Of a stretch of DNA of 64,000 nucleotides, positions 17,501 to 32,300 are shown piece by piece. Source of the DNA: Enoplolaimus lenunculus. Lineage: Eukaryota. The position numbers and the translations under genes were made by a program. The number at the start of each line of letters is the position of its first letter. The stretch's first letter is position 1. The stretch covers positions 1 to 64,000 of the forward strand of contig JASANG010003810.1 in the NCBI GenBank assembly GCA_030248215.1, in the 5' to 3' direction. The notes beneath the pieces are model-generated. The model was given only the letters and a program-made list of their open reading frames with translations. It did no database searches and was not told where the DNA came from.

Positions 17501-20500
17501 TATTCGATAGAATGTAGCTATTTTGGAAATTGGTTCTTTGATTCGTGCTAAGCGAATGGTAGCTTTATATGATTTTTAATTTATAGTACCACTAAATTTT
17601 GAGCCTGAAGGCCTAGTGATAACTAATTATGGGATCGACCAGAATATAAAAACTGCAGCTTCAATCCTGGATATTGTCAGGAGGTTGTGTAGTATTGCGT
17701 GCGTATATTAGTAGATAGGGTGCCTTCGTTTTATGTCAGTAAAATTTGATTGAGTTCCTTTTTGTCTCATACAAGAATTGTTTTGCCTGAGTAAATGCAG
17801 CGTTAAGGGAGTTTTGGTACAAGTTCCTGTTCCGGTTTAACAGGGTCTGGTTTGCAAGAAGGATACGGTCGAACCCTGATATATGTGTATATAAGTGCAT
17901 ATTTTGCCAAAACTTAAACTTAATCACGCTAATTTAGTACTGCTAATTATAATATGTTATAATTTTGCTTGTTAGCATTCCGGAGCAGGGTGTTGAATCT
18001 TCGCTGGGGTCCCAGCCGGATATCCGGTTGTACCCTAAAACATATATAATGTGAAAGATAAAACAACATAATATGACACATTTTTGGTCTACATGGCCCA
18101 ATTGTTGTTTCAGACAATCACATCAAAGTTAGCTTCATTAAACATTTGGTTCTCACATGCGATGTGTCATGGATTCAGTGTCCGCCCCGGCTGGAACTCA
18201 TGAATCAAGGTCGCCAAATTACAATTAGGCTCGATCCGAGAGGACTAGAATCAAACAAAGTCCATTACGCTGAGGTATGGCAGTGCTTTGAAAACTGAGA
18301 AATAGTTGAAGTTTAATGGCAGAAAAATATAATCTTGGCAATGACTTTTTGGAATTATTTAGTCGAACACATAGAAAATACTTTTTGTAAAAGTATTCCT
18401 GTGAAATAAACCCTTCATATGTAGATACTTTAGTCATATTGTTTCATGGGTGTATGTTAAATTTGTTGGTTTTGGGTGTGTTTTTCAGATTACAGCATAT
18501 GAAGTTGGTCAGTCTCAGCTTGGTCCAGTTTGGCGTTTGCCAGTGACTGTTGTAGTACCGGAATCAGTTACTGACACGGTTCATTATACGCTGGAGCGGC
18601 CAGATGTTGTGTGTCGCGCATCGCAATACTATCGGCATTTTATTCATGTTCCCGATAATGCGACATGGGCAAGTAAGTGTATTTGGATTTATTGGGATTT
18701 GGATCATGTTACATTGATAGGTACTCTCGGGTGATTATCCATCAGCTATCACTTGCGCTTATATTCAGGGTCCATATTCTCAAATGTGTATAACAACATC
18801 ATCAGTTAGTAATAGGTTTGCAAACCGACTAACTATTGACGTTGTTGAACTCAAAATTGGTGCAGGAGTAGGACAAATTATATGCGAAAAATGCGGTGAT
18901 TTTTGAGCATCGGCATTCACTGGTTCGAAAATTACAGGACCTATCGCTAACTGTTGATAGATGCTTGTAGCCCTATCTGTAGTTGATGAGAAGTTTTAAA
19001 CAGGTATTACTTCCCTCTGCGTCTGAACATCTTTCTATCTTAGGACCTGCGAAATCTGTACAGATACGTATAAAATATTAAATTTGTGACTTTATGTTTC
19101 AGTTCTCAAGTTCCAATCGCACGACGCCGAAAAGTATTCCAAGTTTGTGTTTCATGCGGTACAAATTCTGCCGCAGCGCAGCTATAGATCTACCGAGTGC
19201 TATAAAGTATGCAAGTTATAGGAGCTCTCGCGTTTTCTAAACGTTTTGTACGGCGTATACCCTCTATAACATAAATATTTTTAATAATGCAGAGCTTATG
19301 ACGCTGTATCAGTTTTGATGCGCAGTTGCTAATGTTTAGTATTTTTTGATACTATGATGTTTTGTTTTGCTCTATTACCTTTTGAATTTACGTGCACATT
19401 TCGAACTGGATCTTGTAATGGATTGTACAAAACTTTATATCAGGGTATGCTGTCGTTCAGGTAGTGACACTTTCGGACAATGGTGAAACCAAACAATCGT
19501 TTACGGTGTACGGCGGACGCACTCTGGAGTTATGCATCACAAAATGGTGGTCAAGCTTAGGTGATGTCAGAGCGACTTATTCAGTGACGTTCCATGGTAT
19601 TGGTTTGCTCAAACCTATTACGCATATGGTGAGCGCTATTTAAGTTTTTCGAAAGAATGTAACCAGTCTATTCGTGGTAGAAAATGTCCCGAAGTCTAGC
19701 TCCGGTGCCCGGGTCGGGACCGTTAGAGCATTTCGATGTCTTATTTTTCCTATTATAAAGGACCTCTGTGATTGTGTTTCGTTGCCTTTTGTTTGCATTT
19801 GATTGTATCGAGCGCGGATAATGCTCTTGGACAAGAGTATACAAGTGGACATCTTCTATGTAGAGAAAAGAATATTCTCAGCGTTGCAACAAAAAGTATT
19901 TGGCTTACATTTTACTATGTTAAAATCATTATCTGTCTTGGTTGTATTAAGATCATAGCTGCTTCTATCGAATTACCGATTTAAAGTATAGAATGGGTTT
20001 AGATTCGTCTAAAACCGCTGTGCATAGAGAGACTCGGTTTTTATCTCTTAGTAGTTTATGAAATGCAGCTTGTATTAATAAATATATTGAGTTATATTTA
20101 TTAAAGTGTCAAATGTTGTGCAAGTATAGTGTTTGATTTTTAAACTTTGATTTCATGCTAATTGATCATGGCAATGTTTTAGTCCAGCAATGAACAGTTT
20201 TTGAGGATCGACGCTGTATCACCGCTGAAATACGAAGAAATTTCTCCTACGGTTGTTCTCAAGTCAATGGATCAAACTTTAAGGTAAGCAGTAGGAAGAC
20301 TATTCTTATGGCCCACATTGAAATCATTGTGATAATTAGGGCCGGGGTCGGAACCGGATGTCGATTTTTTTACCGAAGTTGGAACCGGATATGCGGTCGC
20401 ACCTTGAAATGCTTGGTATATAAATGGACGAGTTTAGGTGACGTTTTGAATGACTGCGGCTCAGGTTACACCCGGATGTCATTGATGTTTATTTAACGTC

Positions 20501-23500
20501 GTTTTTTGTGTTGATATAAATTTTTAGTTAGCTACGAAGTGAAAGAATTGACAAGTGGTCGGATTAATTTGCACACTTGCATAAATTAAATTTCAGGCCT
20601 ATCGATGCGCAAATTTCGACCCTGGGTCCGCGCGATTTGCTGCCGGAAGGCCGCCAGATATACGAATTAATTCTCACTTATACGTTCAGTTTGTCAAAAC
20701 AAACTGAATGTACGCCAACGCTGCCTTCCCTGTCGCAATATTTGTACGAGAGCGAACTTTACGGACAGCTATGGATGGTTTTTGCTTCGCCGTCAAAGCA
20801 ATACGTACTCGCAGGAGACGCGTTTCCGTGGAGGGTAAGGGTTATGCTTGGTGGGGGTGTTTGGCTTGAATTTTTTTAGATATAAGGGTGGATTCAGGGA
20901 AAATTTGGCAACGTCCGTTGTCAGTACAATACAAATCTTATTCTTATTTCTTCGGCGTGCAGTATTGTTTATTTTAGCGCAACCGTAAGGGTGGCGCTAT
21001 TATACTTGTTATGGGACATCGGACGACGGTGCAAGTCTATAGATTTGTTATCTATAATGAATTTGCGATGTCGTCTAGAGCCGTACGGCAATTGACGCAC
21101 TTTGCTGCGCTGCACCGGATTACGGTGTATGAAATAGTCAAGAAGTATAACGTCACCCTAAGTGTTCGCTTGTTGTAATGGTTGAATCTGCATTCCGGTT
21201 CCGGTCGGCAAAACAGGGATTACTTTCATTTTCCCGTTTTGTTTCTGGTATTTGGTAATTCCGGTTGCACGTTACAATATGGCTTATAATTATTTTCAGC
21301 GTACCGCCAAATTGGAAAAAGGCGACTACACAGTGCTATTACAGTTGAAAAGTGACAATCGCGATTTGCTTGAGTCATTGAAAACTACACGATTTACTGT
21401 TCAGTTCAAACTTCCGTCGCAAATCACACTCGACTGTTACTCGTCTGTTGCGGCTGCGGTTCATTTGGATGGAAAAAAGTTCGGGTCGTGCGTAATGCCT
21501 CCAGGTTCGACAGTGCCGATTTATATCAGAGCTTTGGGCGATGATAAGTAAGATTGGGCTGCGGGACGGTTTTCATATTATGGATTTTAGAAGTGGACTG
21601 GGGGTTATTTTGATTTGTAAGATTCACGTTTCGAAAGACCTTTTACGAACGTGATGCATTGAGTAGATTATAGGTTATAACTTACAGCTGTAAGGAAAGT
21701 TGTGTGCCGGTTTATTGCAGTGGTTAAGTTCGATTGTCAAGCTGCGGTACTGACTTTGACACTCGGAATATTGCCGGATTCATAATTTAAGGAGCAATTA
21801 ATTTTTGTGCTTGTATCTTGAAGTGTTTGAAGTTTGTATATGCTGCCAGCAGCGTTAGGCAACCGGGATCTTGTGTATTTCTTCTCATTCATTGTTAAGG
21901 CTTAGGCAAAACATGGGCATAGTTTAGTCTTGGTGAGAGTTTACAGGAGTAGACAAACGTATTGCCATAAAGTGCGTTTGGACGATTAGTCAGAAATTTG
22001 GTTCAAACGAATAATTACAGGATTCCCAAAACTGCAACTAACGGGTGCGTTCTCACGGGTCATTTGTGTTTGCCATCGGAAGATTTAGCGAAACGCGTTT
22101 TTCAGCTGCCGTTCACTTATTTTTTGACCGATATTTTATCGACTCCCAAATCCCGAACAGAATCCGCTGGGACGTCCAGTGTCCTAACCGTCCCTGGTGT
22201 AATTCGACCTGTCAAAGGAGGCGTTAAATGGGACGATATGAACAGTATGTTTTCTCAACAGTACACGGTTGTGTTTTTAAGTCAATTGGTTGTAAATAGC
22301 ATTTAGTTATTAATTGAAATAAAGTTGTCAAACTTATCAGAAGAAGCCGTGCCTTTTTTACACCTGCGCTGGATGCTTCGCTGGGGCTTTAGTATAAAGG
22401 TGATTAATAAATACATACAGTCGCAGTCAGAATTATGTGAGTTGACCATGCGTTCCGAACTGCGGGTGGGTTTCAGATGCGGATGTAACTGCGTCTATAG
22501 ACGCGACTCGTCGTGAGCAGAAAGAATGCCGATGTGATTATTAACCTTCAATCGGAGACACAATCGCCATTACTGCGTACTTATTTCTTCCCGTGTAGTG
22601 TAATTTAAGACTATCATGACACTGATATAGTTGAAGTAAAATTTTTTTATTTATTATTTTAGACGCTGTGCGTGACCTGAAAATCTTTTGGTTGGCAAAA
22701 CTTGAAGAGTGGCGCCGAGATGAGCTATACGAATCTTTACTTGAAATTTCACCAACAGATCATTTGCCGTTATTTGCGTCAAGATTAAAATCGTTATCTG
22801 AAATGGTTCGTTTTTTTGTGTTAGTCTTAAACCGGCAATTCAATTGGTTAATTGAATTTGTAGTTATTTTTTGCAGATGTTTGACTATCTGGTTTTTCTG
22901 ATTATATGCATATCCCACTTTTGTGAGGTTCAAATTAATTTTCAGTGTTTGCGCCGTACTTTAACCTGTAGGCCGCCTTTACAGTATAAGTTACTGGTAA
23001 GTCTCATCCTTGCTAATTATTTAAGGGCATTTACAACCATAACGCAGATAAAGTCATTGAAGCAGCCGATGAGATAATCAAACGAATAGACAAAGCAGCA
23101 CTGTTGCAATATTATGGTGCGAAATCAGATTTGTCAGACGATGCGTCGACGATTAAAAGGTAAAGATCGCAAAGGAATGTTTATTTTGATGTTTGTTTGA
23201 GTCAAAAGGCCCTAAGCGATAATCGGTCATGTGCTTTTGACTCAAAATATGCTTGTCGGACTTTAATCGTCCTAGGACAAAAATTGTTGTAAAGACATAA
23301 AGGCTTTTTGACTCAAAGGCACTCCGTTAAGTCAGGCCCTAACTCTTAAAGTTGTTACTTAAATCATGTATATGTTATGATTCCAGTGATATGGATCGAA
23401 AACGCAATTATCTTGTTGATGCATTGGTTGCACGAGCAACAGCAATTGTTTGCAGTCTTCTCGTTGCAAATCCAGACGATGTTCCGGCGTCACTGATTGT

Positions 23501-26500
23501 AATGTGGAATTCTAGACCGAAACGTAGTTGTCCACCTCCTGCCGATTCTACTCAAAACTCACGTGCTCAACACCAATCTGCTGAGAACAACGGCATTGAT
23601 TTAGGTAAGCGTTTTGTAAAGTGCAAAACGAAGCTGGATTATATCGGAACCGGCAGCTTAATCGGAACAGCAACATTATACCAGGATTCATGTTATTATC
23701 GGTGCCGAAAATAACAATCGTTGAAATGTAGTGTATTCAGCGTTTATAATTTTCAGAATTGGTACAAGTTGATTCTGATGTTCGTTGTGATAAAGATTCG
23801 CCTGAATTTATTGAAAATGAACCTAGAGTTGCAGTTGATGATAGTGACTTACCTTCGGACTTTCTGCAATCATCTGTGGATTCAATTGACAGAAAAATGA
23901 CTGCAACTCAAGATAGCAACGAGGAACCTGCGAACAAAAGCCGTGGAGAACGAAAGGGTGAAGCGGAAGAATTTTTAGATTTGGCCGATATTAGCGGTAC
24001 TGATAATGTGAGCGCGGCAGACCCTGGTCAACAAGGGTAAGCTTGGGCTATTCGCTGGTATAACTGTTAACTGTTGTTGGAGGGCTGGATTTCTTAGCTG
24101 AATGGTGTTGTTGTGGAGCAGGTTAAGTATTTTTTTCGATAGGTTATTAGTATTTTTGATATGTCTACCGGCGCTAACAACTTTCACTAGTAATTCTTTG
24201 AGCAAGAGTACACAACTTTCTATCTTTAACTGACACAAAATGTGTTAGCATACATCTTATTTTTTGCCCTGCCCATTTCATTGTCAAGGCAATAGTTACC
24301 TCTTAAAACACACCGTGTAGGCTTTGAGAATAAAAATGCAGTGGGTTAGTCATGTTGACAATTGTTGCTACAATTCATAATGGAACCATTGGCACAATGT
24401 ACCCCCACAAATGGGTTGTGGTTAATCTAAAACGCCATGCGTGCCAGGTATATTCTTTAAAATACAGAATTTAATCCAGTTACACACTCTTGTCAAAAGT
24501 AATCATTCACTCGTATAGAATTGCCTGTTTTGAAGGCAGTTAGGTTATTTTATAGGGGTCAACTGCAGAGCTCAGCATCGCTTTTTATCTAAGTGTTATT
24601 TCTCTCGGGTGAGTTAAAATTTTCCGTCGAATTGTCTTTAAAAACGTTCCCCATGAATTTTGTCTCTTCTTTAATATTATGCTGGACTTCCTGTGGTTGC
24701 ACTCAAACGGCTGAAATTCTTTGCCGTCTCTTCCTTAATAATATACTCGATACAGTTTATGTATGCAATCAAAACTTAACCGGTTGGTCAAACGTTATTT
24801 GCTGATTAATATTTCAGGAAAAAAGATGCATCCAGTGATAAAGACAGCCCGAATGCCGAAACAACATCAGATTCCGGTTTAGATAAAGCTCAAAATGATC
24901 AATTGAAAGATTCACCTCAAGCAATTGTAGATGCTGATTTGCCACAAATAAATGCACATGAGAAGCCTAAAGAAATTGCAATACGACGCGGTGCAACAGT
25001 GCAAGCAGTAGATGAAATGTTTTTGGAATTGTTGTCGTTGTGCGGAGATGCAGCAGACGCTAAGGTAGGTCTGCTTCGATTGTTTAGCATTTTTGTTTCA
25101 GGGGATTGTAATGTCATGCGGGATTCACATTATAACTGGGACAGGCGGGACACGATTTGTCCCGTGTTGATTCGACGTCAACGTTAAAATTCGGGCTTTT
25201 ATATCGAGTCAACAGACCAAACTCGACTGTCATATGACATTAGCTTACAAACCACCGTTCTCCAATGATCAATGTGTACAAGGGACGGTATGTCACGTGA
25301 TACTACGGAATATTTATGCTAATATCTTATGATATTCCAAAATTTCAACAAAACGTGTCCCAAGTTGTCCCGGTTAAAACGTGAACCCCGCATCAATGAC
25401 GGAGTTACATAAGTGTCATCGCGGTCGCGTCCCAAACTATGACTATGATCGCGATCGCATATTTTTGGACGCAGCTGCTCGCAAACTCTATTTGAACCGT
25501 TCGCGGTTACTGAGACCGCAACCGTGACTGCAACCGCGATTGCTTAGTATTAACCTTTCAATCGATTATAAACGCGCTTACAACCGCGGTTTGAGACGCG
25601 ACTGCAACCGCGTGTTTTGACACGACTGGTCTCGAGCAAAGAAAATTCAACTGCGATTGCAAAACCACGACCACAGACACAATCGTGTCTACTGTGTACT
25701 TACTATTGATTGTGTCTGTAAGCCTGTTTTTGTTTAACTTGATTAGCATTTTTTTGTTTAATGGGTTGTAATTATTTTGACGTATAGTCACGGCAGTATC
25801 GTAGGTTAGAAATTGATGTTGATTTTAAACAATGTATGGCTGTGGTTGCGTGTATCTCTATCTGCTGGAGCTCTTAATTCTGAAGTGTTTTTGTGGTTTT
25901 GTGTTAATTCATCGTTTTCAGGCTATATTAATAAATCACGTAATTTAAATTGTTTTATAGATCATTTCATTCAGTATCAAACACGCATTGGCACATAATC
26001 ACTACGGACGTGCATTGAAATTGTTGTTGAAACAGTATGAAGATAAGCCTGCGCAGGCATTAGAGCAATTTTGTATCGAAGTAAGAGAAAATATTATTGT
26101 AATTGTTCTAGTAGCATAATATGGTTTCATTGCGTTAAAATAGACATTTTGGCTGATTGACTCGGTAGTGCTATTCTTAGTCTTGATGGCCAATGTATAG
26201 AACATAGCCGGAACAGTAGTATAAGCATATTCCTAAGCGTAAGCCTAAGTCTAAGCAAAAATTAGTCTAAAGCTTAAGCTTACTCTATTGTAGACCCGCC
26301 GGAAATGTTCTATACATGGGATGTCTTGATGAACGCTTCCCACGCCACAGTTTCGATTACCAGTGCGAGCTTCAAATATATACCTATTGAAAATATTTAT
26401 GGCAGAAAATTTTAGCACTTGATGTGCTCAAAATCCAGAATAATCATTTTGTGTTTCAGGTATTTGAATTGGCCGGATTCGTTCATGTTGCAAGAAACTG

Positions 26501-26552
26501 GAAAGACGCTCTACTAGTTCGATATCCTGTTGGTGGTTACAGATTGTTTTAG
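11535..26552 (+). CDS. TPP2: Tripeptidyl-peptidase II (subtilisin family S8). 28 exons: 11535-11693, 11969-12097, 12298-12393, 12697-12804, 12954-13078, 13450-13547, 13880-13945, 14257-14411, 14738-14942, 15385-15484, 15856-15989, 16454-16584, 17310-17481, 18114-18274, 18489-18672, 19103-19206, 19461-19628, 20183-20283, 20597-20834, 21300-21547, 22021-22244, 22663-22805, 23026-23159, 23387-23604, 23757-24036, 24818-25064, 25961-26080, 26460-26552
   Basis: N-terminus [30 protein letters not shown]. Catalytic motifs [13 protein letters not shown] and NGTSMSSP are intact; ASAGNNGP is present. C-terminus ..[25 protein letters not shown]. All introns are GT-AG. Confidence 0.97.
26188..26322. mobile_element. 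MITE family D in the last TPP2 intron
   Basis: Perfect 8-bp TSD gtcttgat (26180-26187 / 26323-26330); GGCCAATGTATAGAAC...GTTCTATACATGGG. Confidence 0.9.
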
Positions 26553-26670
26553 CTATGTAATTTTTGTTTAGTAATTTATCGTTGTAAAAAATGACGTTTC
26601 TGCAGTTTTAACATATTAACATTGTGTTATTGAAGTAGTGACAAGTTAAACGGAAATATGTACTATTCAG

Positions 26671-27083
26671 CAATGTGCAACCGGAATTCCGGTTCCGGTA
26701 GGAAAATCCTGTATTTTTCACTATCCGGTTCCGGTAAAAAATCCGGTATTTATTCACCGGAATTTTCCGGTATTTTCGGTGTTGAAAAATTTTTCTCATT
26801 CGAAACTTTAAGAAAAGTTGGCATATTATTCGAACTTATTTATCTAAAATTGTCCGAGCGTGTATTGCCATAATTTTTATTCGTGCCATAATTCATAATT
26901 TATCATGTTTCCACCTACTGCATTTGATTCAGTATTTTGGCATTCAAAATAATGTGTTTACAGCATTCACAGCGATAAAATAGCGCTTAAAATGAATTTT
27001 TCGGTAACATATATTTTATATTTTCCGGTTCCGGTATTTTTAACTTTCCGGTTCCGGTATTTTATAATTCCGGTTGCACCCTG
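26671..27083. mobile_element. hAT-like MITE with family F-type termini and TTCCGG subterminal repeats
   Basis: GTGCAACCGGAATT...AATTCCGGTTGCACCCTG; flanks ctattcag/ctattcat. Confidence 0.8.
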
Positions 27084-29005
27084 CTATTCATTGTCTTTAC
27101 TTGTGGCGTACCGAAGTTAAAGTGTAATTGGATATCAGGCGCGATAGAAGCAAGAATGGAACGATTGAAAATTTCGTACTCGAGGGCAAAAATATAACGC
27201 CCCCCATGAAGAAAATTTCTGTACCGTAAGTGTTGGTTATGGATTTTCATTTTCGATAAGTGGGTGTCCGATCTGGTTATGTAGCATTGAATTTAGGTCC
27301 CTAAACTTAAAAGTTTAATTTTGTTGTTTTAATCCAATTGAAATTCTAAGCGATGTGGCCGTTGTAGTTTCGGAACCGAACAGAAAACTAGTAGCTTTTC
27401 AAGTTATTTCGGGTTGAAATTTGAGTGTTTATTATGCAGTAAACTTCTGTGTTACTGAATATTAATGACAAAAACTATTTTATGAGCGGATTGGCTATAA
27501 CATCTAAATGCGTCGCCTAAAGAGTAATGAAATGTTTTATGGTGTATAACAGCAATTTTATTTTAGTAGTGAATATATTCGTGTACTTTTACGCGATTCA
27601 ATTACTTTCAACACTGCTCATATTTTACATGCTATATTTTCCGGATCTGGTAATAAATTCAGTATCCGGTAAAGTTATTTCCGGCCGCATACTGTGGTAT
27701 ATACAGCGTACATAGATTGCAATAATGTTTTTTCACTGTCTCGGCCCCTGTTCAGCTCAGTGACGTGAACGTTTTTCTGAGGGATTAATCTTTCGACTAA
27801 TTTTTTGCTTAGGCTATAGCTATGTGCTCGTTCTACTTTTTTAGGCAGTACAAATATTCTTGTACCACTGTAACGGCCCTATTGTCTACATTGGCCGTTA
27901 TCTATTACAGAAAACGTCGAATCCGATGTTTGATTTAACTTTTTCGTGGTATAAACAAATGGTGAAAATGGAATCAGGGTTCACCCGTCTTGGAGAAACT
28001 TGGAATGAGCTTTATGCGGGGTTCACGTTATAACTGAGCACCCTGGACACGTTTTGTCCCTAAATATTTTGTCTGCACGTTTATTCGCTATCAGATTCAA
28101 AAAATTTGGATTGTCAGCTATCCAGATGTGACATCTACTGTTCGTACAACAATCTCGTATTTTATTCCAAATATTGTCTGTCAGTATCATATGATATATT
28201 TGAAAATGTCTGTAACATTGCTGTAACACGTAGAAGCTAATTTCAACTTTTGAAATCATTTAATGCTAAATATCTAACCTTTTGCTGAGTATCATATTAT
28301 ATTTAGCAGAATTTCGGAATATCATATGATATTCGCATAAATGTCACTCAGTATCATATGACACCGCTAATTGTATGCGATGATTCTTGAGGTCGGTGAT
28401 TTGTAAGTCAGTGTACAGGTGACATTCACATAATGTCTACACAACCGCTATTCAGATCACAATATTTTAAAATCGAATCAACTTGAACAAAACGTGTTCC
28501 AAGCTGCCCCAATTATAACGTGAACCCGCATTACACCAGGGAAAAAACTTTCATCAAAGGCTGGAACTTCAAAATTTTGAACGAAAAAATATTCATATGT
28601 AACGAATAAAGCAGTCAGAAATTTACTACTGAGATATTTTTTCCGATGAATCTGTGTCTGATGCATTATCGAATGGTGACACTTCCGTTATTTTTATGGC
28701 CGTACTTAAACTTTTTAAAATCACTTAAACTATTAAGATTTTCGATAGCTACGGGTATGCTTCAATTGTTCGATTTGCAATCTAAATAGAAATTTTTTTA
28801 CGTCATTTTTATTCATGTTTAGTTATAAAAAGTTGAAAATTTGGTGGCAAACGGTATTTGATTTTGAGTTTGCATCCTGCGAAATGGGTAGTCATCGAAA
28901 TAACGGAAAACGGATATTGATATATAATTATTCCCTGATACTGCCATTCTAGGATAGGCTAGTCAAATCTTTTGCCACAATACGTGGGCAATATTTTCAC
29001 ATTAA

Positions 29006-29267
29006 CCCCTTCTCACATTGAGTTGCCTATAGGCAACTCAGCGCAGTGTATATACGTTAAATAATATATATCGCACAGTGTTTAACAATTGCAACACGTA
29101 TACATAGTACTAAATCACCACAAGACGTAAGAGCCCCCTCGGGCTCGAGCGTCAAGCTCCTATAGCTGAATGGTGATGGTATACGCCTTCCGCTCCAGCC
29201 ACTGGAGTTCGATCCTAGCATAAAAGTAGGTCTCATGTGAAATAGAAAATATTCATGTGAGAAAGGG
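29006..29267. mobile_element. piggyBac-like MITE (family E); degenerate relatives at ~32100-32270 and ~58400-58757
   Basis: TTAA-CCCCTTCTCACAT...ATGTGAGAAAGGG-TTAA: CCC/GGG ends with a TTAA TSD. Confidence 0.88.
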
Positions 29268-29312
29268 TTAAACATTCTGTATTTTTAAAGAAGTTTATAA
29301 TTAAAATTTTAA

Positions 29313-32300
29313 ATGACAGATTTGAATCAGCAGAATGTAGCAGATATCGCGCTTTTATCAAAATTCGATAACGAAGGTAAGTCAATTCATGTATATACAC
29401 CTGGTATGTTTTGAAAAAATGCTGTATATGCGTATGAATTTTTGCAAAAATGTTATCTTAAAATGTGGCTGTTCAGTATGGGCCTTCCACGTATGTATGG
29501 TAATGCTGGCCAATGTTACTTTAAGGGGCATAACAGTAATTAAGCGTATTCCTAAGCCTAACCCTAAGCATAAGCGTTGTAAAAATGTGTCCCTCTAGAA
29601 TCTAAACCTACTGTTTTATAGACCCACCAGAAGCCTAGCGCCCCTTAAAGTAATATGGGCCGTAATGCTTATGGCCCGGAAAGGTGTGCAGTATTTCCGG
29701 GCGCTTCCAATAGAATAGCTTAAGCTTTACACTGATTTTTTGCTTAAGCCTAGGCTTAGCTATAAGGGTATCTCTACACTGAGGCTTGGGAATATGTTTA
29801 TTCTACTGGTGCTCCCTTCCAAGTAAAATTGGTCTTGCTTAGAGTGCTTCCTTCAAATATGGTACGACAGCCCTGTTAGGAATTTGACCCAAAACGTATG
29901 TAGATGCTTTGACATTTCAAACGATATCATTAAGACTTCTTAGGTATTGAAAGTGTATTATGTCCATGTATAGATTTGAAATACTGAATATTAATATTCC
30001 CCGAGAATACCGTGGTTATACCAGTCATGGTAATGGCATTCTGATATTGTGAACAATTATTATTATTATTATTATTATTTTGTAGTGATCGAAAAATGCT
30101 GCGAAGCTGCGATTCAATTTGCTGTGTCTGGTTTCAATGAAAAACTGATTAACAAAGCTGCATGTAAGCAAAGATCTCGGTATACGTATTGAATATGCAA
30201 ATTTTTTGCTTTTTGGCTGGGTGAACTACAACTTGGTTCAGGTCGAACGCTTCGAGAATCTTGGCTTTGTTCGTTGTTTGGGTCCATGTAAAATTGAGGG
30301 GCGGAACGTTTTTCTACGGGACTAGAAAAGAGTAAGCTTAAGCTTTAGACTAACTTTTTGCTTAGCTCAGGCCTAGTTTTAGGAATATGCTCATTCGTAT
30401 TAGGCTTTGGCTTAGGCTTAGGCCTTGCCTATAGTTATCAGCTGCGTCTGAAAAAAACTAATGGGGGTATGGTAATGTGCATCTTAAAAAATTTTATAAC
30501 GAGCTGAAAACATAAAGTGTAACGCAAATATGCGACTTTAGGTAACATTTATTAGCCAAAAATGTCACTAATGATTTTAGAAGGGAATATTGAAGTGAAA
30601 CTTGATGTAAGGGTATATAACGATTAACGGTATAAAAACATCCCAGGTTGAACCGGGACATGAAAAAATGGAGCAAAAAAGCCGCGTTCTAAATTAGTAA
30701 GGTGCGATGACGAGAATTTCAACTGAAACTTAAGTAATGTTCACAATTTGGCTTATCACTCAGCAACTAAGGTTTATCGTCGATTGTTAAACTTACTTTT
30801 TCGATCATTCAGCGATCAAAAAGTAGCACAGGTCCTGAACAAAATTTGGAAGTTAGAAAACTTATTAGCGTGAACCCCTGAACTTGAGAGAGTTAGGACT
30901 TTGTTGTAGAGACCTGTTTTATAAATAGATGGTATTAACTAAACGAACGAGACTTCTTAGCGTACGGACAACGTTTACTGTTTGGTGGGAGGGTATTCTG
31001 GTATATTAAAGCTATCGAGTTATTTGCTCGTTGAGCATTTTTGTTTCGAGTGATTGAATTAACCTGTCGTAGTGGGACTACATTTATTGAGCGAAGCTGG
31101 AACACACGTAAGCAATGAAGGTAATATGCAAATTAGTTATTAGCTATCTATTCATTTATGGGTTTCGGAGGTTTGTAAACCATTTTATTCAGATTCCTCG
31201 CACCCAAAAACCCTTCAGTCACCCTAATAATTATTGAAATAATTTAAAAAGTCCAAATTTTGTCTTGTCAATTAAGCTAATATCCAAATTAGCTATTAGC
31301 TAACTATTCGATTATCGGTTGTGAGGGTTTGTAGACAATTTATTCAGATTCCTTGCACACAATAACCTATTATTGCTGAAATTAGATTGCTTGTAACCCT
31401 AATAATTAGTGAAATATTGTAAAAAGTCCTAATTTAGGCTTAATTAATTATGTAAACTAGCCTGTAGCTAATAAACGGCTTAAAATTTTAAAACCCCAAT
31501 GCGAGGTTAACATTCCACGCTAATTGGCTTTTAAACAAAAAAGTTTTCGGTTCTGCAGTTCGGGACATTCTTTACGGACGGGCAGACAGACGGACGGACG
31601 GACATCCACCTTTCGACCCCAGAGTACAAAGCATAATGCTCAATAACAGTCATTCGGTCAGTTTAGCATTCATGATGCCGATAATGGTTAGTCTATTATA
31701 AACTTTTCAGCGTTGGTATATTTTTTAAAATGATGCGGTTGAAATTGTTGATGTTAATATCTATTTAGCCATAGTGCTGTTGTGATTTAATTCAATAATT
31801 ATTGAAAAAATATGTGAATGTTTCAGCAAAACTCGATGTGAGCTCGGAGAAGCTGGAAGCCTGTATTCGGGGTCTGATGTGTCTGCTACTTCACGCGGCG
31901 TCTATAAATGTGAGTTATTCGCTGGGTCTTAGAGATACCTGTGTGTATGAATGGTTGAGATTGAATTAAAAAATTTTCGATCCGAGTAGGATTTAAAATA
32001 ACATGTGGCCATACTTATATATGCGCTTTTTGATCCAGGTGCGGTAGGACAAATTGCGTGAGCGAAATAAATACGCAACGTGCAGCGTTTAGCATTCTGT
32101 GTATGCGCAGCACAAAACTTTCATACGGTGTGAGAATCCCCTCGAGCTCATGCGTCAAGCTGGTACACTGATTCGACCGGTGATAGTAAAAACAAACATC
32201 TTCCATTCAAATGTATTAGGCGTAGCGTCTTAGCTTGAAATTAGATCTCAGTAAAATTCATATGAGAAAAACGTGTATGTCGTAGCGCAAATGACTACGC

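Noticed and set aside
26552..29313. TPP2-COMMD2 operon
   Set aside because: Same strand, but 2.7 kb apart and filled with MITEs. There is no sequence evidence for co-transcription.
30940..30960. 18S rRNA-like AACGAACGAGACT
   Set aside because: Only about 13 nt match and there is no flanking rRNA similarity.
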